The notes: a model not told the origin generated them from the letters alone. Positions 1 through 13,429 are shown, counted from the first letter of the whole stretch. The stretch: 63,501 nt of DNA, filler included, from Octopus bimaculoides (GCF_001194135.2; 7 parts of 6 records of this genome joined end to end with filler, not necessarily neighbours in it), one strand, 5' to 3'. Numbers and translations: made by a program.

Positions 1-479
1 ATATTATTTATATATATATATATATATATAACAAAAAACTGGGATTAAAAAGTCCTGGCAGATATCAAGCAAGCACTCAGTATAAAGGAATGAGGTTAAA
101 TTTCGAACAAGTAGATAGCAGTAAATGTATGTAGGAAGCAAATCCCAAGTAAATGTTCATGTATGGCAGGTACGAAATTCAGAGTATTAACATCAATCAA
201 TAATATGCACGAAGAAAGTCTTTATTTTAGACGGCACCTTAAAAATCCAACAACTGTTTCAATTGTATTAACATAGACGTTTTGAAAAAAAAACTTGTAC
301 TTGCATGTCCTACCAGTCGATAGCTCCGCATACCGGAAGCCAGCAAGTGTATGAGACCATAAGGAAAGAATGCACGCCGTTTCGGAGCCTACCTCTCGCC
401 AGCATCATTGCGCACCGGCCTCCTCTATGACATGAGGTCTACACATACTAGCTCAACTGGTTATCAGATATCGTTCAAT

Positions 480-835
480 ATTCTTCTAGCTATCGCTCAT
501 CGTCTCTTCTTTAACCAAATTCAGTGGCTAACGTTTTCCACTGAATTTTGGATATCGCTCATGGTGGTATTTGCTTTACGATGAGTAAGGCCTAGCGATA
601 ACAGCAGTCGCCGCACACGGTGTCCAACGAATCCTCTACATCCGACTTCGATTGGAAAATGCTCCGTTTTTCCAGTCTGCGTTTTCACATTCCTCGGTCA
701 ATATTTCGAGCCCGAGCGGTGTCCATGTTATCTTCATGAGGAACCTTTAACTTGACTAGATTCATTCACCACTCTCTTTCTTTCACGCCACATTATAATA
801 TCCGGGTTCTTTCGTAACTGGGGTAGGAAAGAATC
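480..835 (-). mobile_element. 3' fragment of an RLE-type non-LTR retrotransposon (HERO/NeSL-like), degraded
   Basis: Minus strand reads ...KTEHFPIEVGCRGF...RRLLLSLG, the C-terminal motif of restriction-like endonuclease ORFs; frameshifts and stops present. Confidence 0.6.
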
Positions 836-859
836 CTTGGTACCATGGTAAATCTGATC

Positions 860-1405
860 TTGTGCAGCTGAAACCCGTATGTCTCTTTCGTCAGTTCTGG
901 AGCAACTTGACATACACGGGTCTGATACCCAGATATTCAGTGATTATGGGCTAAACTGAACCGTAACTAATCTACAGATTCTCTAATAACTCACGGATGG
1001 TGATTCGATGATTTCCACTCACAGCTGTACTCACATCTGCAATGGTTTTCTCAGATCTGTTGGTTGTGGGTCTCCCGAAACGTTCGTCAATATCGACATT
1101 TTCTCGGTCATCGTCTGAACCCCTCATACACTTGTTTGCGCTCATACATTCCTCTCCATACACTTTCTGCAACTTCGTGTACGCCTCTGAGCAGGCGTCG
1201 GCGTGACAACTTGTTCTGTTATCGTCAATTCGACGATTACATGCTACATACGCAGAAGTGAGCTAGAACGTTAAAACTTAGTGCACATGCACAGCAGAGT
1301 CAGTGTGGGCCAAGAAAATCAATCTGTGCCAAGCGGCTTTACTCTGCGTGCTTTATCTTCGTTACTATGTTGACAGTCCGGATACGTCTTGATCAAACCT
1401 AGTTT
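860..1405 (-). mobile_element. Mariner transposon 5' remnant (HTH region of transposase)
   Basis: ORF 972-1172 reads VYGEECMS...DIDERFGRPTT...NHRITIRELLENL and continues ISYGSV..I.EYLG. A mariner-like TIR remnant (rc AGGTTTGATCAAGACGTATCCGGACT) lies at about 1375-1400. Confidence 0.7.
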
Positions 1406-1422
1406 TATATATATATATAACT

Positions 1423-1425
<3 letters not shown>

Positions 1426-1500
<75 letters not shown>

Positions 1501-1510
1501 GTGTGCGTGT
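1426..1510. repeat. (TG)n microsatellite, representative of dozens of (TA)n, (TG)n, (TATG)n, (ATT)n and (GAT)n tracts in the window
   Basis: Seen directly. These tracts explain most of the low-complexity ORFs in the track (HTHT, CVCV, YIYI, MYVC, NNNN, LLLL). Confidence 0.95.
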
Positions 1511-1789
1511 GTTTGTAAACATGCTTCACTTCTTCAAACTGGGAACATACATTACTTATGTTCCAGAGATAGTTTTAGATTCTTAAAAGTTTTCACATAA
1601 TGAGTAGTGGGGCCTCTAGAGCTAGAAAACCCCCCTTTCCTGATGTAAGTATGAGTACTGTGAAGAAGAGAAGTAACTTTTTGTGAAGTAACTATTCTTG
1701 AAATTTGCTAAGATATTGATATTATTTACCTTTTTTTTATTGAAATTTCATTATTAACGTATAATTGCCATCTTAGTTTATTACATCAT

Positions 1790-2382
1790 ATTTTTTGACA
1801 TAATGCCTCCGAAAACGGCGGTAGCAGAGAAATTGAAAAGAAGGAGAGCAAATGAATCCTCACATGAGACTTCCATTAGACAATTATAAAATGCTGTATG
1901 TGCAGCTACTGCAAGAGCAATGGAAAGCGATGACCAGCGTAGTATTCGCCTGGCCAGGAATGCTGTATTAACAGCTTCAGCCAATCCTCACCCTACCACG
2001 ACATTTCTTTCATGTAGACTTCTCTCATGCGGTGCTGTTGAGCACGCCCACAGGTTTAATTCATCACATAGGCGTAGTTATTGTCTGCTGATTGTTCAGC
2101 GTAGTATCGCCGCCTACAACCACGAAGGAGTCTATACCCACTGAGAACATTTTGGTGCGTTCAAAAATCACATACTCCCACCCACTTTTCTATGACAACG
2201 TTAGGGCCTGGAATCTTTAAGATGGATGCATGACATGTCACTTAGTCCAATTAGCCCTTCATTTACTCTAAAAATGTTTTGTCGACAATGCTACACGTCC
2301 CCATATCATATTTCAACTTAACTGTACGATATATGCAAACTATGCTGTTTAAATCCCGAGCAACGCCGGGTACGTCTGCAAG
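1790..2382 (+). mobile_element. Helitron-derived remnant
   Basis: MPPKTAVAEKLKRRRANESSHETSIRQL*NAVCAATARAMESDDQRSIRLARNA resembles RepHel N-terminal repeats. 3' hairpin CCCG-AGCAACGC-CGGG (2355-2370) is followed by TACGTCTGCAAGT, a mutated CTAG end. Confidence 0.55.
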
Positions 2383-2588
2383 TAAATACATATTTTTATA
2401 TACATACACGCACACACACACACACACACNNNNNNNNNNNNNNNNNNNNNNNNNNNNNNNNNNNNNNNNNNNNNNNNNNNNNNNNNNNNNNNNNNNNNNN
2501 NNNNNNNNNNNNNNNNNNNNNNNNNNNNNNNNNNNNNNNNNNNNNNNNNATATATATATATATACATATAATTTTACCGTTTTTCCAG

Positions 2589-2700
2589 CCTACAAATGTC
2601 CGTATCCCACAGACGAATGCGCTTGTTTCGATATCTCAATGAACTGTACAAATCGCGGCCTTTTTCATGTTCCTAAGAACAATGAAGGATCAATTCAGTT
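2589..2700 (+). CDS. Exon: LRR N-terminal cap (LRRNT) of an extracellular LRR protein
   Basis: Acceptor ttttccag, donor gtaagt; 112 nt, phase 1 to 2. Reads (A)YKCPYPTDECACFDISMNCTNRGLFHVPKNNEGSIQ(L), a CPxxxxCxCxxxxxxC cap; splices in frame to 12478. Confidence 0.88.
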
Positions 2701-5174
2701 GTAAGTATCCAGAAACATCCAACAATTAAATAATTTATTATATGTACTTGTGAGTGTACGTTAATGTGTATTTGACCATGCAAATGTAAATTGTTCAGCT
2801 ATATATATTTGCTTTAATATTTTTAGATAAGTTTTTTCTCCTGTTATTTTTCTTTTGACACTGTCACATTTCTCTTTTACATACATCTGCTAACACTAAG
2901 ACTTTGTTATATAAATTACGTATTAGCGTGCAATACGACTGCAGCGTGAAGGCTTTATGTGGGGGGATTCGTATCCTGTCTTCGATGCTGCTTTACGACT
3001 TTAACAAAGACAAACGATACACACGTAATCTCTTTGCTGGCTACAGTTATTTGTAGGTGGATACGTTTAGGGTGACCATGTGTGTGTATGTGTGTGTGTG
3101 TCTGTCTGTCTGTCTGTGTGCTTTATCGATGTACAGCATCTATTGTTCAACGTTCTTAGCTGAGAGTTAAAAAAAGAAAATGAAGACTTAACATATTCTA
3201 TGCATTTGATAATTACCACTGTGTAAAACTTTCCTAGTTCTGAATAGGGAAGCAACAGGTATATTTTTTAACTGATCAATCCACGTATATCTTGCTAAGT
3301 ACAGGAGTATACACCTGGGTGGAAAGGGTCTCAGAAGAGATTACAGACGTCTGACGAAAGATTTCCAGACAAATGGGCATTAGATAAAATAAGAACAATA
3401 ATAAACAAGTGAAGGGCGAATATATAGTGCATGTGTTTATTTGACAAGAAAAAAATGAGCGTCTCAAAATATAGCAATATCTGTTTCAACGATTTCACAT
3501 CAGGAATCTTGCAAAACAAATTCATAAGCGTAAATATATATATAACGGTGTGTGTTAGTACTAAGAGCCCGTTACCTCATATCCATACTTCCGGCACAGT
3601 AGCCAGTGAAGATTTTGGGCTATCTTGTCGTGTCTACGCTTGTATTCTTTCTGCGTAAGACTTTTAACGGGCCCTAAGAATGTGAGTGATGATTTCGACC
3701 CTCTTCCCACTCATTCTACAGAGGTTAGTTGCACTTGTGTTGTATATATCCATTTTCACTGAGTTGGTGTTCAATGCGGACACAGGAGAGCTAGGAAGAA
3801 GGGGAGATTATAAAGTAGTGGTGATCTCAAAACGAAGGTGCGCGTGCGTGTGTATGTGAGAGCGTGTATGTGCGTGTGGAAGGGGGCTGGTGACATTGAC
3901 GTGTGTACATGTGTAGGTCTGTGGATGGTGGGGTAAGTACTGGCAAGTGGTCAGTGCTAGTGTGTGCGCTGGTGTTGGTGCTGGGAAGTGGTCAGTGTTT
4001 GTGCGTGTGCGTATGTGTATATAAGTGGAAGAGAGGTAGGGAGAGAGGCGAGAGATAAAGAAAATGTAAGTAAAGCGTCAATACGCATGCAAATTATGTA
4101 TGTATTAGATATTGGAATCGATTAGTAATTTTCAAAATGACACACTTATAGCATTTACGCTCGTAATCTTTTTATCGTATTTAGTTTCAAATTCGTATAG
4201 ACGTTTATCATTTGTTTGATTATTGTTTTAGACATCGAATATACTGATCAGACAGAAGTAATGTGCGTACGCATGAGAGTGTGTTTATTTATATATGAAA
4301 TTATGTATACATGTGTGGTATTGTTGGTTATTTATTTTTGTGAATATCCATCCTTATTTGACGGTGTCAGTGCCTATTAAGTGTAGTCGAGTATACAATA
4401 TAAACACTTGGTAAATATTTCATGTAATAAACGGAACGAAAAAAAAGCAAAATTATTTTTATCATTCAGCTTATTACACTGTATATACTGCTTATAAGAA
4501 TCTAGAAGTTACAGGTAACTATGTCACTATAATCATCTACTCAAATCAACAATTTTAGTTTCCTCTCGTACATAATCAACTGCAAAGTTCATGATAATAT
4601 ATGTGGTTTTTATACGAAGTGATATAGTTTACGGTTGCTCGGAATATAAATTCTATTGAAGAGTTTCATTTTTCATCAAATACACATTCAAAGCTGCTTA
4701 CTTCTGTCTTCCAATCCGTAGAAGTTAAAAAAGCGTGAAAGCATTTGTGCAAAGTGTGAACAAGACTGCTTATAACTCAACTAGGCGTACAGGGTGTGAA
4801 CTGTGAATAAAATATATAAGGAGTCCACAATAATGCATAATATATAACTATTCACGTTTTCTCTGAAAAGGAATCCTTGATTAAACCACAAATGCTTCAG
4901 AAATTTTGTATGAGAAGCAACCCAAATAATTTTCCTTATTATGGAGATAAGAAGCGTAGATCTATTTACAAAACACATAATTAAGGCTATGGGCAGCTCA
5001 ACATAATTTCAATAATGTAAGTAGGTATATATATATATATATATNNNNNNNNNNNNNNNNNNNNNNNNNNNNNNNNNNNNNNNNNNNNNNNNNNNNNNNN
5101 NNNNNNNNNNNNNNNNNNNNNNNNNNNNNNNNNNNNNNNNNNNNNNNNNNNNNNNNNNNNNNNNNNNNTGATAT

Positions 5175-6125
5175 GTATATGGAAAAAAGTCAAGGGAGAA
5201 AGTGCTAAAATAATTTTAGAAAAAAAAAATCAGTACCGGTTTCAACTGATAAGCATGGAAAACAATTAAGTCGAGTGTCCATGGTGCTTGCATTAGAAAC
5301 TATAGTACATATCAGAGTTCTCCTTCAAACAGGGACAACGTTTCACAGTGAAAAGTAACTTCACATGTGCTTCGGAGAACCTGAATTGTGGGATATGCGT
5401 CAATTTAATTGAGGGATCAGTGTTCTCCTTCAAGCAGGGACCACGTTTTCAAGTGAAAAGCAGCTTCACATGTGCTTCGAAGAACCTGATATACGCACTA
5501 ACAAAAAACAGTCTACGTCAAAGGATGGTTCTGCACAGATTCCAGATCAAAATTTTAAAAAAAAACCAGAAAAATAGCATTCAGCCAACACATAGACATT
5601 TGCGCCATAACAAAAATCCAAGCTTCAGAATGTTTACCCTCTATCAATTCAGGGACGATAAACCTGTAGCCAACGAATTAGTAAAGAGACTATCTTTATT
5701 ACAAACGCATCTACAACAAATAACGTATCTACCACGACCTTAGAATAACACACACACAAATATTTAAAATGATGCATTCAAAAGAGAAACCCAAGAATTC
5801 ATTAAAAAACAGTTGCAATCCACAACGATCGACTTTTAAGTCACTCGACCATCCTACTACTATCATAACATCCCGCATTCTCTTATTATTCTTTCTCTTC
5901 TTCTCTTTCTCTTTTTTCTTCTTCATCTTCTTTTTTTTCTTCTCCTTCTCCACCCCCTTCCTTACTTTACTACTACTGCTGTTTAGAATAACACCTACGC
6001 AAATATAAACAATACATTCAAAAGAGTTATCTCAAGAATTCAATCATTACTACCATCCACAACAGATCACTTACAGGGCACTTGACCATTTAACATCCTA
6101 CTACTATCGTAGCATTCCCGCATTA

Positions 6126-6172
<47 letters not shown>

Positions 6173-6418
6173 TCTGCCAAGAATTCACAATGACCGCAAA
6201 CCCACAAGAGCAAGCAAGAGAGACAGAGACAGGCAGAAACAAGGAAAATGCCCCTTGTATTTGAATACTATGCAAATATTCTATTAAAATACTTTTCATA
6301 TAATTTTCCCAAAACTTAATTGTTTTCCATACTTACAGTTGAAAAGTCTCAATGACCGAAACCGGTACTGAAATTTTTTCTATAAAATTATTTTAGTATT
6401 TTCTACCTTGAATTTTTT

Positions 6419-6424
<6 letters not shown>
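5175..6424 (+). mobile_element. Penelope-like element remnant: GIY-YIG fragment between inverted terminal repeats
   Basis: CGICVNLIEGSVFSFKQGPRFQVKSSFTCASKNLIYALT matches the PLE GIY-YIG-proximal motif, with a 105-bp internal tandem duplication (5317/5422). About 100-bp inverted repeats at 5175-5272 and 6315-6424; hammerhead-like motif at 6336-6370. Confidence 0.6.
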
Positions 6425-6456
<32 letters not shown>

Positions 6457-9400
6457 TAGATACATGTGGGTGTGAATAAATTATATCTAGATGTAGCTTT
6501 TACGGTGTGTGCTCAATACCCTCAAGACCCTTCATATAGCACCCCATACATCTGGGCAATATTTTAATATGAATTGCCAGTAATTATTCAATCTCCCATC
6601 AATTCATCTATCCAACTCCTTTTGTATTTCAAAGTTAAAAGGAAATCCTTATATATGATTCGTTACGGTTCTAGTGAACAACAAGCTCATTATACATCCT
6701 CTGGAGTTGAATGTCCCCCTAGATTTCAGCACCTCTGGACGTTACAATACATCTGAAAATGTTAGCCTAAATACCAGCAAAGTCGGTCTCCTGAACGAAT
6801 AAATTTAATAAAATTAAAAACGTGGATTCTCATTTACTCATCTGTTTATTTTATATTTATTCAGTCATCTCGCAGGAAACTTTCTAAACTACACACTTTC
6901 AGCTGATACCTTTAAGATGTATGATCTAACCATACTGTAAGTATTGTTAAATATTTTACATTTGTGCTTTTTTTAAATATTATAGCTGTACTGTGAATTC
7001 CATTATATTCTGTTAAATGACTCGTAAAATTTAAGCCAACAGCATTTTAAATTTAAATTGTAAGATGACATTGAATTATTCGGTAATTTCAACAATTTTC
7101 CATTAAATTAGTAAATGATGCATAACGCTTGTCGAAATGAATTGTGTTGTAGTACAGGAAATTATTTCAGAAATATTGTGATATTGTTCTAGATTTCGAA
7201 ATGATGAAAAAATATTTTCAATTATGATTATATATATATAAATGCACTATTACACACACACATACACACATATGTGTGTGTATATGTATATACCACTGTT
7301 AGATTGAGGTAACTATGACCAAAATTGAGAAAAATAAGCTAAGGTATAAAGATTCTTTTTCTTGAGCAATCAACCAGATCAAAAAAAAACAAACAACAAG
7401 GTTAACCTTCTGCACTTTGCTAAAGAACTAGAATTGTTTCATGTTTCGTTCCTCACAAAAATTAAATTAATTCAACATTCTGCAATCTTGAATTATTTTT
7501 GTGACGCACATATTCAACATTTCCGTCATTTCAGTAATTTTCTAAGATAGATATATGTAATGTACATTATTGCAATGAACCGTACTATTTATTTAAGACA
7601 CTTCTTAATGGACATCCTAATCGGGCTTTGATTCTCTTTTAAGCAATAATTAACTACTCTACAATGTCATTGAGAAAATTATAATTATGTATCTTTATTT
7701 TACTTACGACAGGGACATAAGTAATAATTCCTTATCTACGATTCCTCCAGATTGTTTTGCTGGTCTATGGAGATTACAGTCTCTGTGAGTAATGAATATT
7801 TTCTTTTTTCCTCGTTAACAAATGAAAACGATATGTTGAAAGATATGTGATATGTGATGAGGATATTCCTTAGTCTGATCTAAATGAAATTGCATCTGAA
7901 ATATACACATAATTTTTTTTCATGTGTGTATGTACATATGTGTTTGTGTGTGAGTCTCTGTGTGTGTGCGTGAGTGTGTTATATTTTATGTTTTAGTGAG
8001 AAGAAATACAACATTTTTTTAAGGTTTTAGAGGCACGTAGAGAAATTGAGGACGAAACCAGAACAAATAGTTTACCTTTATACTGGATACTTGCTTCAAA
8101 TTCTTTCGATATTGCGGATTTTGCTACAGGCATACGTAATGGTGTAAAACCGAGTGATGGCGTCAATCCACCTTCAAAGAGCAGGTACAATCTATTAAAA
8201 ACGCTTGCCTACAACTTCCGTCTAAATGTACTTACTAAAAATATCGAGCGGGATTTGAATTTGCACAACTATACCTACAGCACACAAACTACAACCTGCT
8301 ATCCTTACAACAAAACAGAGCTGGATAGATGGCAGTTTTATAATCATTCTACAGCTAAACTCTATATACACACGCTGTATATATAAAAAAAGAAAAAGTT
8401 TGGAGGCAGTTTCCAGTCTACATTGACACGAGAAATGTGAGCAACTACTTCATCAATTTTCATTCTCTCCACACCTTGTTGACATAAGACTGAAAACACT
8501 CCATGAAATTTTACATGAAAATATTGAACTATAAATGTACTTTTAGCAGAAATATATTTTTGAAAATGGTTTGGTTTCTATGGCTTCACCATTTGTCATT
8601 TTAAATCACTTCCTCTAGACTCGGAAATTACAATCATGATGAAGATTTAATTTAAATTTTTGTTTTCATTTTATAATTAATGCTTTCGTTTTGGTTATAG
8701 TATTCCTTTTCATAATGTGAAAACGAATGTTAAAATTCATCAATTTACGAGAATTGCTGTAAATGAAATGCCTTAATGTACTCAACGATGTATTGCAATG
8801 ATTTTCTAAAGAAAAAATACAAATATATGTATGTTAAATACAAACATATGTATGTTTGTATGTATGTATTATGTATGTATGTATGTATGTGTGTATGTAC
8901 AGACATACAGTGAAACAGGCAGACAGACAGATAGATTGACGTGTGTGCAAGTGTGCCTTATACTTTTCTTGTCATCATCATCATTATCATCATCATCATC
9001 ACCATGATCATGATCATCATTATTACTATTATGGAAAGCGTTTCTTCAGCAGTTTTTTTCCACCTTTCTACTATACAACCCGGAGCATTTTCGTGTTGCT
9101 AAGGTGCGCGCGCTATCATATTCATTTTTAATCAGGACTGGTGTTGCACACACTCGTTTTCCTCTTTGTACATTACACCAATTTGTTTTGTGAAGGAATT
9201 TAGTTTCTTGTATCTTATTGCATTTGTGAATGGCGTGATGTGCATGGGCATAAATCTATAGTGTATGTTGCACGAGATGTGTTACATTAGGTTGTGAGTT
9301 GCTTTGTAAAGGGTATGCGCTTATGAAGATTGTTAAATTTGAGGTTTTGTTTTGAATTGGTTGTATCATGTACAAGACGTGGGATACCCCTACCAGAGCT

Positions 9401-9521
9401 ATGTTGAGGACAGCATGAAGTGTTCGAGTTTTTTTTTCGCTTATTCGGCATCTGGTTATTATTCTACCAGTTTTGTTTAACTAGGTATAAAGTTATATCA
9501 CGTAACTTTAAGTATCTAATA

Positions 9522-9865
9522 CAGTGATTCTCAACAGGGGCCCATATGGCCTCTGAGGGTTCATATAAGATTTGGGGTGGGGGTCGACTCAACAACATAC
9601 TAAATTGGGCATTCGAAATAGTATTTTAAGAGTACCAGATGGAACGTTGCTTTAGATGTATTGGTATGTATTGCAAGAAACATCTAGGTTTACGTCTCAA
9701 ATATTTTACGACGTTCAAGCTGCATAAGTTAATGTGCGAAAAACAAAATAGGAATTTTGAAATAAGTCTCTATAAAGCTAGATTTTAAATACTGAATGGC
9801 TATGGGGTTCATCAAAATAAAATAGTAATTATAAGGTGTCCATAGATAGAAAATAGTTGAAATTC
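9522..9865. mobile_element. hAT-type MITE, degraded
   Basis: Starts CAGTGATTCTCAACAGGGG (Charlie/hAT-like TIR CAGTGGTTCTCAAC) and ends with a degenerate ...ATAGTTGAAATTC; no ORF. Confidence 0.5.
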
Positions 9866-10440
9866 TAAATAATTTAGATTTTAATACTCTTCGTTTGGTT
9901 TATACAAGGAAGAAGCTTTCCATAGATTCGAAAATTCACCTCTCTCCAACATTTAAAATTCTGACGGAGTTACTAGTGCTCTTCTAACTGGGATAATGAT
10001 TTTACGGCAATTTTAGTTTCTCTATTGTCTGTGTTTTGGGTCGTATTATTTTCCTATTTCGTCACATACTTCTCTCTATTACTGTTGTATCAAACGTGCA
10101 ACCAACATCGATTAAACAATACACTCTATTCGCTATGTTGGGCATGGCAATATATGAGCGTGAATGTTCCATTTGTCGATTTATTTTTAATTTTCATATC
10201 TCATAGATTTTTACATTGTCATTTGTTGTTTTCAAAGACACGTTACGCTTTATAAGAGTTATATCATTTTCCCTCAATTTCAAATTTAAATATTTCCAGA
10301 ATACCAAATCGTAAAATGGTAGCAAATTTTGTCTCCAGTTCTTACAAACCATCTGAGTAAGCATCTTACTAACAGAGAACACATGCGCAACGTTCTATTC
10401 TCTATAAGCACGTTATATACATACAGATGCGGTATCTTTC

Positions 10441-10475
<35 letters not shown>

Positions 10476-10520
10476 CAATGTTAATTCTCTATATGAAGTA
10501 TTAACAGTAACTGCACGATA

Positions 10521-11366
10521 AAGTGTAGTATATTGCCACTTAAGTGTGGCTGACCCCTAGGGGTGGATGTTACTGTTGCTTTTAGCCCCAGGAGGACATC
10601 TCCTCCAGCTGGCTTATCGACACACGACTGTGTCCTGTTTGCCAAGGGAGTTATCCCTCTCACCTCGANNNNNNNNNNNNNNNNNNNNNNNNNNNNNNNN
10701 NNNNNNNNNNNNNNNNNNNNNNNNNNNNNNNNNNNNNNNNNNNNNNNNNNNNNNNNNNNNNNNNNNNNNNNNNNNNNNNNNNNNNNNNNNNNNNNNNNNN
10801 NNNNNNNNNNNNNNNNNNNNNNNNNNNNNNNNNNNNNNNNNNNNNNNNNNNNNNNNNNNNNNNNNNNNNNNNNNNNNNNNNNNNNNNNNNNNNNNNNNNN
10901 NNNNNNNNNNNNNNNNNNNNNNNNNNNNNNNNNNNNNNNNNNNNNNNNNNNNNNNNNNNNNNNNNNNNNNNNNNNNNNNNNNNNNNNNNNNNNNNNNNNN
11001 NNNNNNNNNNNNNNNNNNNNNNNNNNNNNNNNNNNNNNNNNNNNNNNNNNNNNNNNNNNNNNNNNNNNNNNNNNNNNNNNNNNNNNNNNNNNNNNNNNNN
11101 NNNNNNNNNNNNNNNNNNNNNNNNNNNNNNNNNNNNNNNNNNNNNNNNNNNNNNNNNNNNNNNNNNNNNNNNNNNNNNNNNNNNNNNNNNNNNNNNNNNN
11201 NNNNNNNNNNNNNNNNNNNNNNNNNNNNNNNNNNNNNNNNNNNNNNNNNNNNNNNNNNNNNNNNNNNNNNNNNATAAGCCAGCTGGAGGAGATGTCCTCC
11301 TGGGGCTAAAAGCAACAGTAACATCCACCCCTAGGGGTCAGCCACACTTAAGTGGCAATATACTAC

Positions 11367-11370
<4 letters not shown>
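10521..11370. mobile_element. TA-flanked element with long inverted ends (putative MITE/foldback); centre is an N gap
   Basis: 10521-10618 and 11275-11370 are exact reverse complements; TA on both outer sides; next to (TA)n; another arm at 52466-52580. Confidence 0.6.
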
Positions 11371-11416
<46 letters not shown>

Positions 11417-11437
11417 TAACATCCGGACGTTAAACGC

Positions 11438-11480
<43 letters not shown>

Positions 11481-12477
11481 TCTCGACCTGTAGGAAAAAA
11501 GTTAGCTTCACGCCATCCGTAGGAAATTTATAAAACAACTTTCAGAGACAATAGTGGTTTATTGAGACGGAATGTTGTGAACTTTTTTTCTTATCGAAGT
11601 TCGATTAACTGAAAATGTTCTATTTTATATTTCACGGTAGGCGACCAGAGTTGCCGGATGTGCGAATAAGACTGCAATAGTTAAGGAATGGAGTAGATAA
11701 GATCCGGGTTTCATGTTTCATACCGCGTGGAGCCTCAGCAATGGTAAATATCAAGCGATGTGTATACCGCAGGCTACTCTTCAGGCCAAGGATATCTTGA
11801 TAAAATGATAATTTACATTATCGTCCGGAAGGACATGTTAACACATAGAGATTCAATCAGAATGTGTAGAGAGCACAGTAGGAGGGGAAAATGTAGAGAG
11901 AAATGTAGAGAGAAATAAAGATTTAAAAAATGAAAAAGAAGATAATGCATAAGGGAGTGAGAGGAATGAGGAATTTCAGCTAGGTCGTTTGAGCGGTAGT
12001 GTTCAATAGGGCTGTTTTGGCCTAATCACAGAAATTACTAAGGGGAGTGGTATTTGAAAAAAAAGATAATTTGGAGGGAAGACGGTGGGGAAATATTTTT
12101 GTAAAGGGTAAAAAAAAAGTGTACGTGGAGAAAACCTCCAGGTGTCTTGATTGCTTGATCCTGCGCAGTTAAGAACAAGCCACTCATCCACTTTCGAACT
12201 CTTTTCTTTGGCCATTGAAATAATTCCTTACCTTCATACTCTTCATTACTTAGAAAGACATCGAAAAAATCATTTCTGGCTTAAATAATCGTTCTTGAGT
12301 AAAGCACAGCTCCAAATCTTTGCGGAATAGACGGAAACATTTGATTAGTTCAAATCCAATATTTTATATTATCAGTACCGGAAGAATGAAATAAAAAGAA
12401 TACATCCGAAAAAAATAGCTATAATTCGAAAATATACATAGCATCAACAGTAAACTTTTAAATACTTTTTTCCCCAG

Positions 12478-12549
12478 GAATTTGGCTGACAACCAATTGA
12501 CAGAAATCGAAAATGACACTTTTGTTGGTTTATCCGGATTGCGTTCTTT
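12478..12549 (+). CDS. Exon: leucine-rich repeat 1
   Basis: ttttccccag/...tt|gtaagt; 72 nt, phase 2-2; (L)NLADNQLTEIENDTFVGLSGLRS(L). Confidence 0.92.
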
Positions 12550-13429
12550 GTAAGTATGAATAAAATGATTTTTATTCTAACCATATTTTACTTTTCCTTT
12601 ATATTGATCTATTTTCTTTTTTATCTTTCTTTAGAATAGCATGCAGTATTATAACTAAAATATTATATTCACATCTTGATGCATACAAGACACACATACA
12701 ATAGTTTCACTTGATAAAGAGAGTTGGGTAATATAATGAAATATGTTTATTATAGTTCTTAGACGTTGTTCTGCTATATATATATGAAAATATTTACCGT
12801 GTTATTTACTCCTCAATATCGATACCTATCATAATGTTCTCTCCGTGTTTTGTCATCCACATTATATCAGTACCTACACATGAAAAATAGGTTTTCTATC
12901 AATTGTCTTTTTATTTATAATGCAAACTATATTAGTAGTACTAGCGGTTTAAATTATTGTCTCAATGCAACTGGTTTTGCAGATTGTTGTGGTAATACTT
13001 AATCTTATAGCATGTATGTTTGGAACAAACTTCAGAAAATGTGTATATATAAAAAGAGAGAGGGGGGAGAGTAAGAAATACATATGTATATACATTTTTA
13101 TATCATTTTTCAGATCGAAATAACTTTTAGGAATCTATAAAATCGAAAATAAAGTAGCAAAATATTTTTCATGAAAAATATTTACCATAGCCTGTTAATG
13201 TTTCATGAAAGTTATCTGTGTGTGCGCGCGTCTTTGTGTTCATGGTATATGTGTGTGCGTGTGTTTATGTGTGTCTGTGTGTGTTTAATTTTAGGGACTA
13301 ATGGGTATATGTTATATGTCGATTAGTGTGTTGAGTAAAGCACATTCACAGTTTGGGCTATCTGGTGTCATTTACGGTTAGGGTATATTTCCGTTGGATC
13401 TGATTCAGGAATTCCGCAGTGTTTGTTGA

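Noticed and set aside
12003-12215. ORF MAKEKSSKVDEWLVLNCAGSS..., faintly RNase H-like
   Set aside because: Too short, no further motifs, low-complexity tail.
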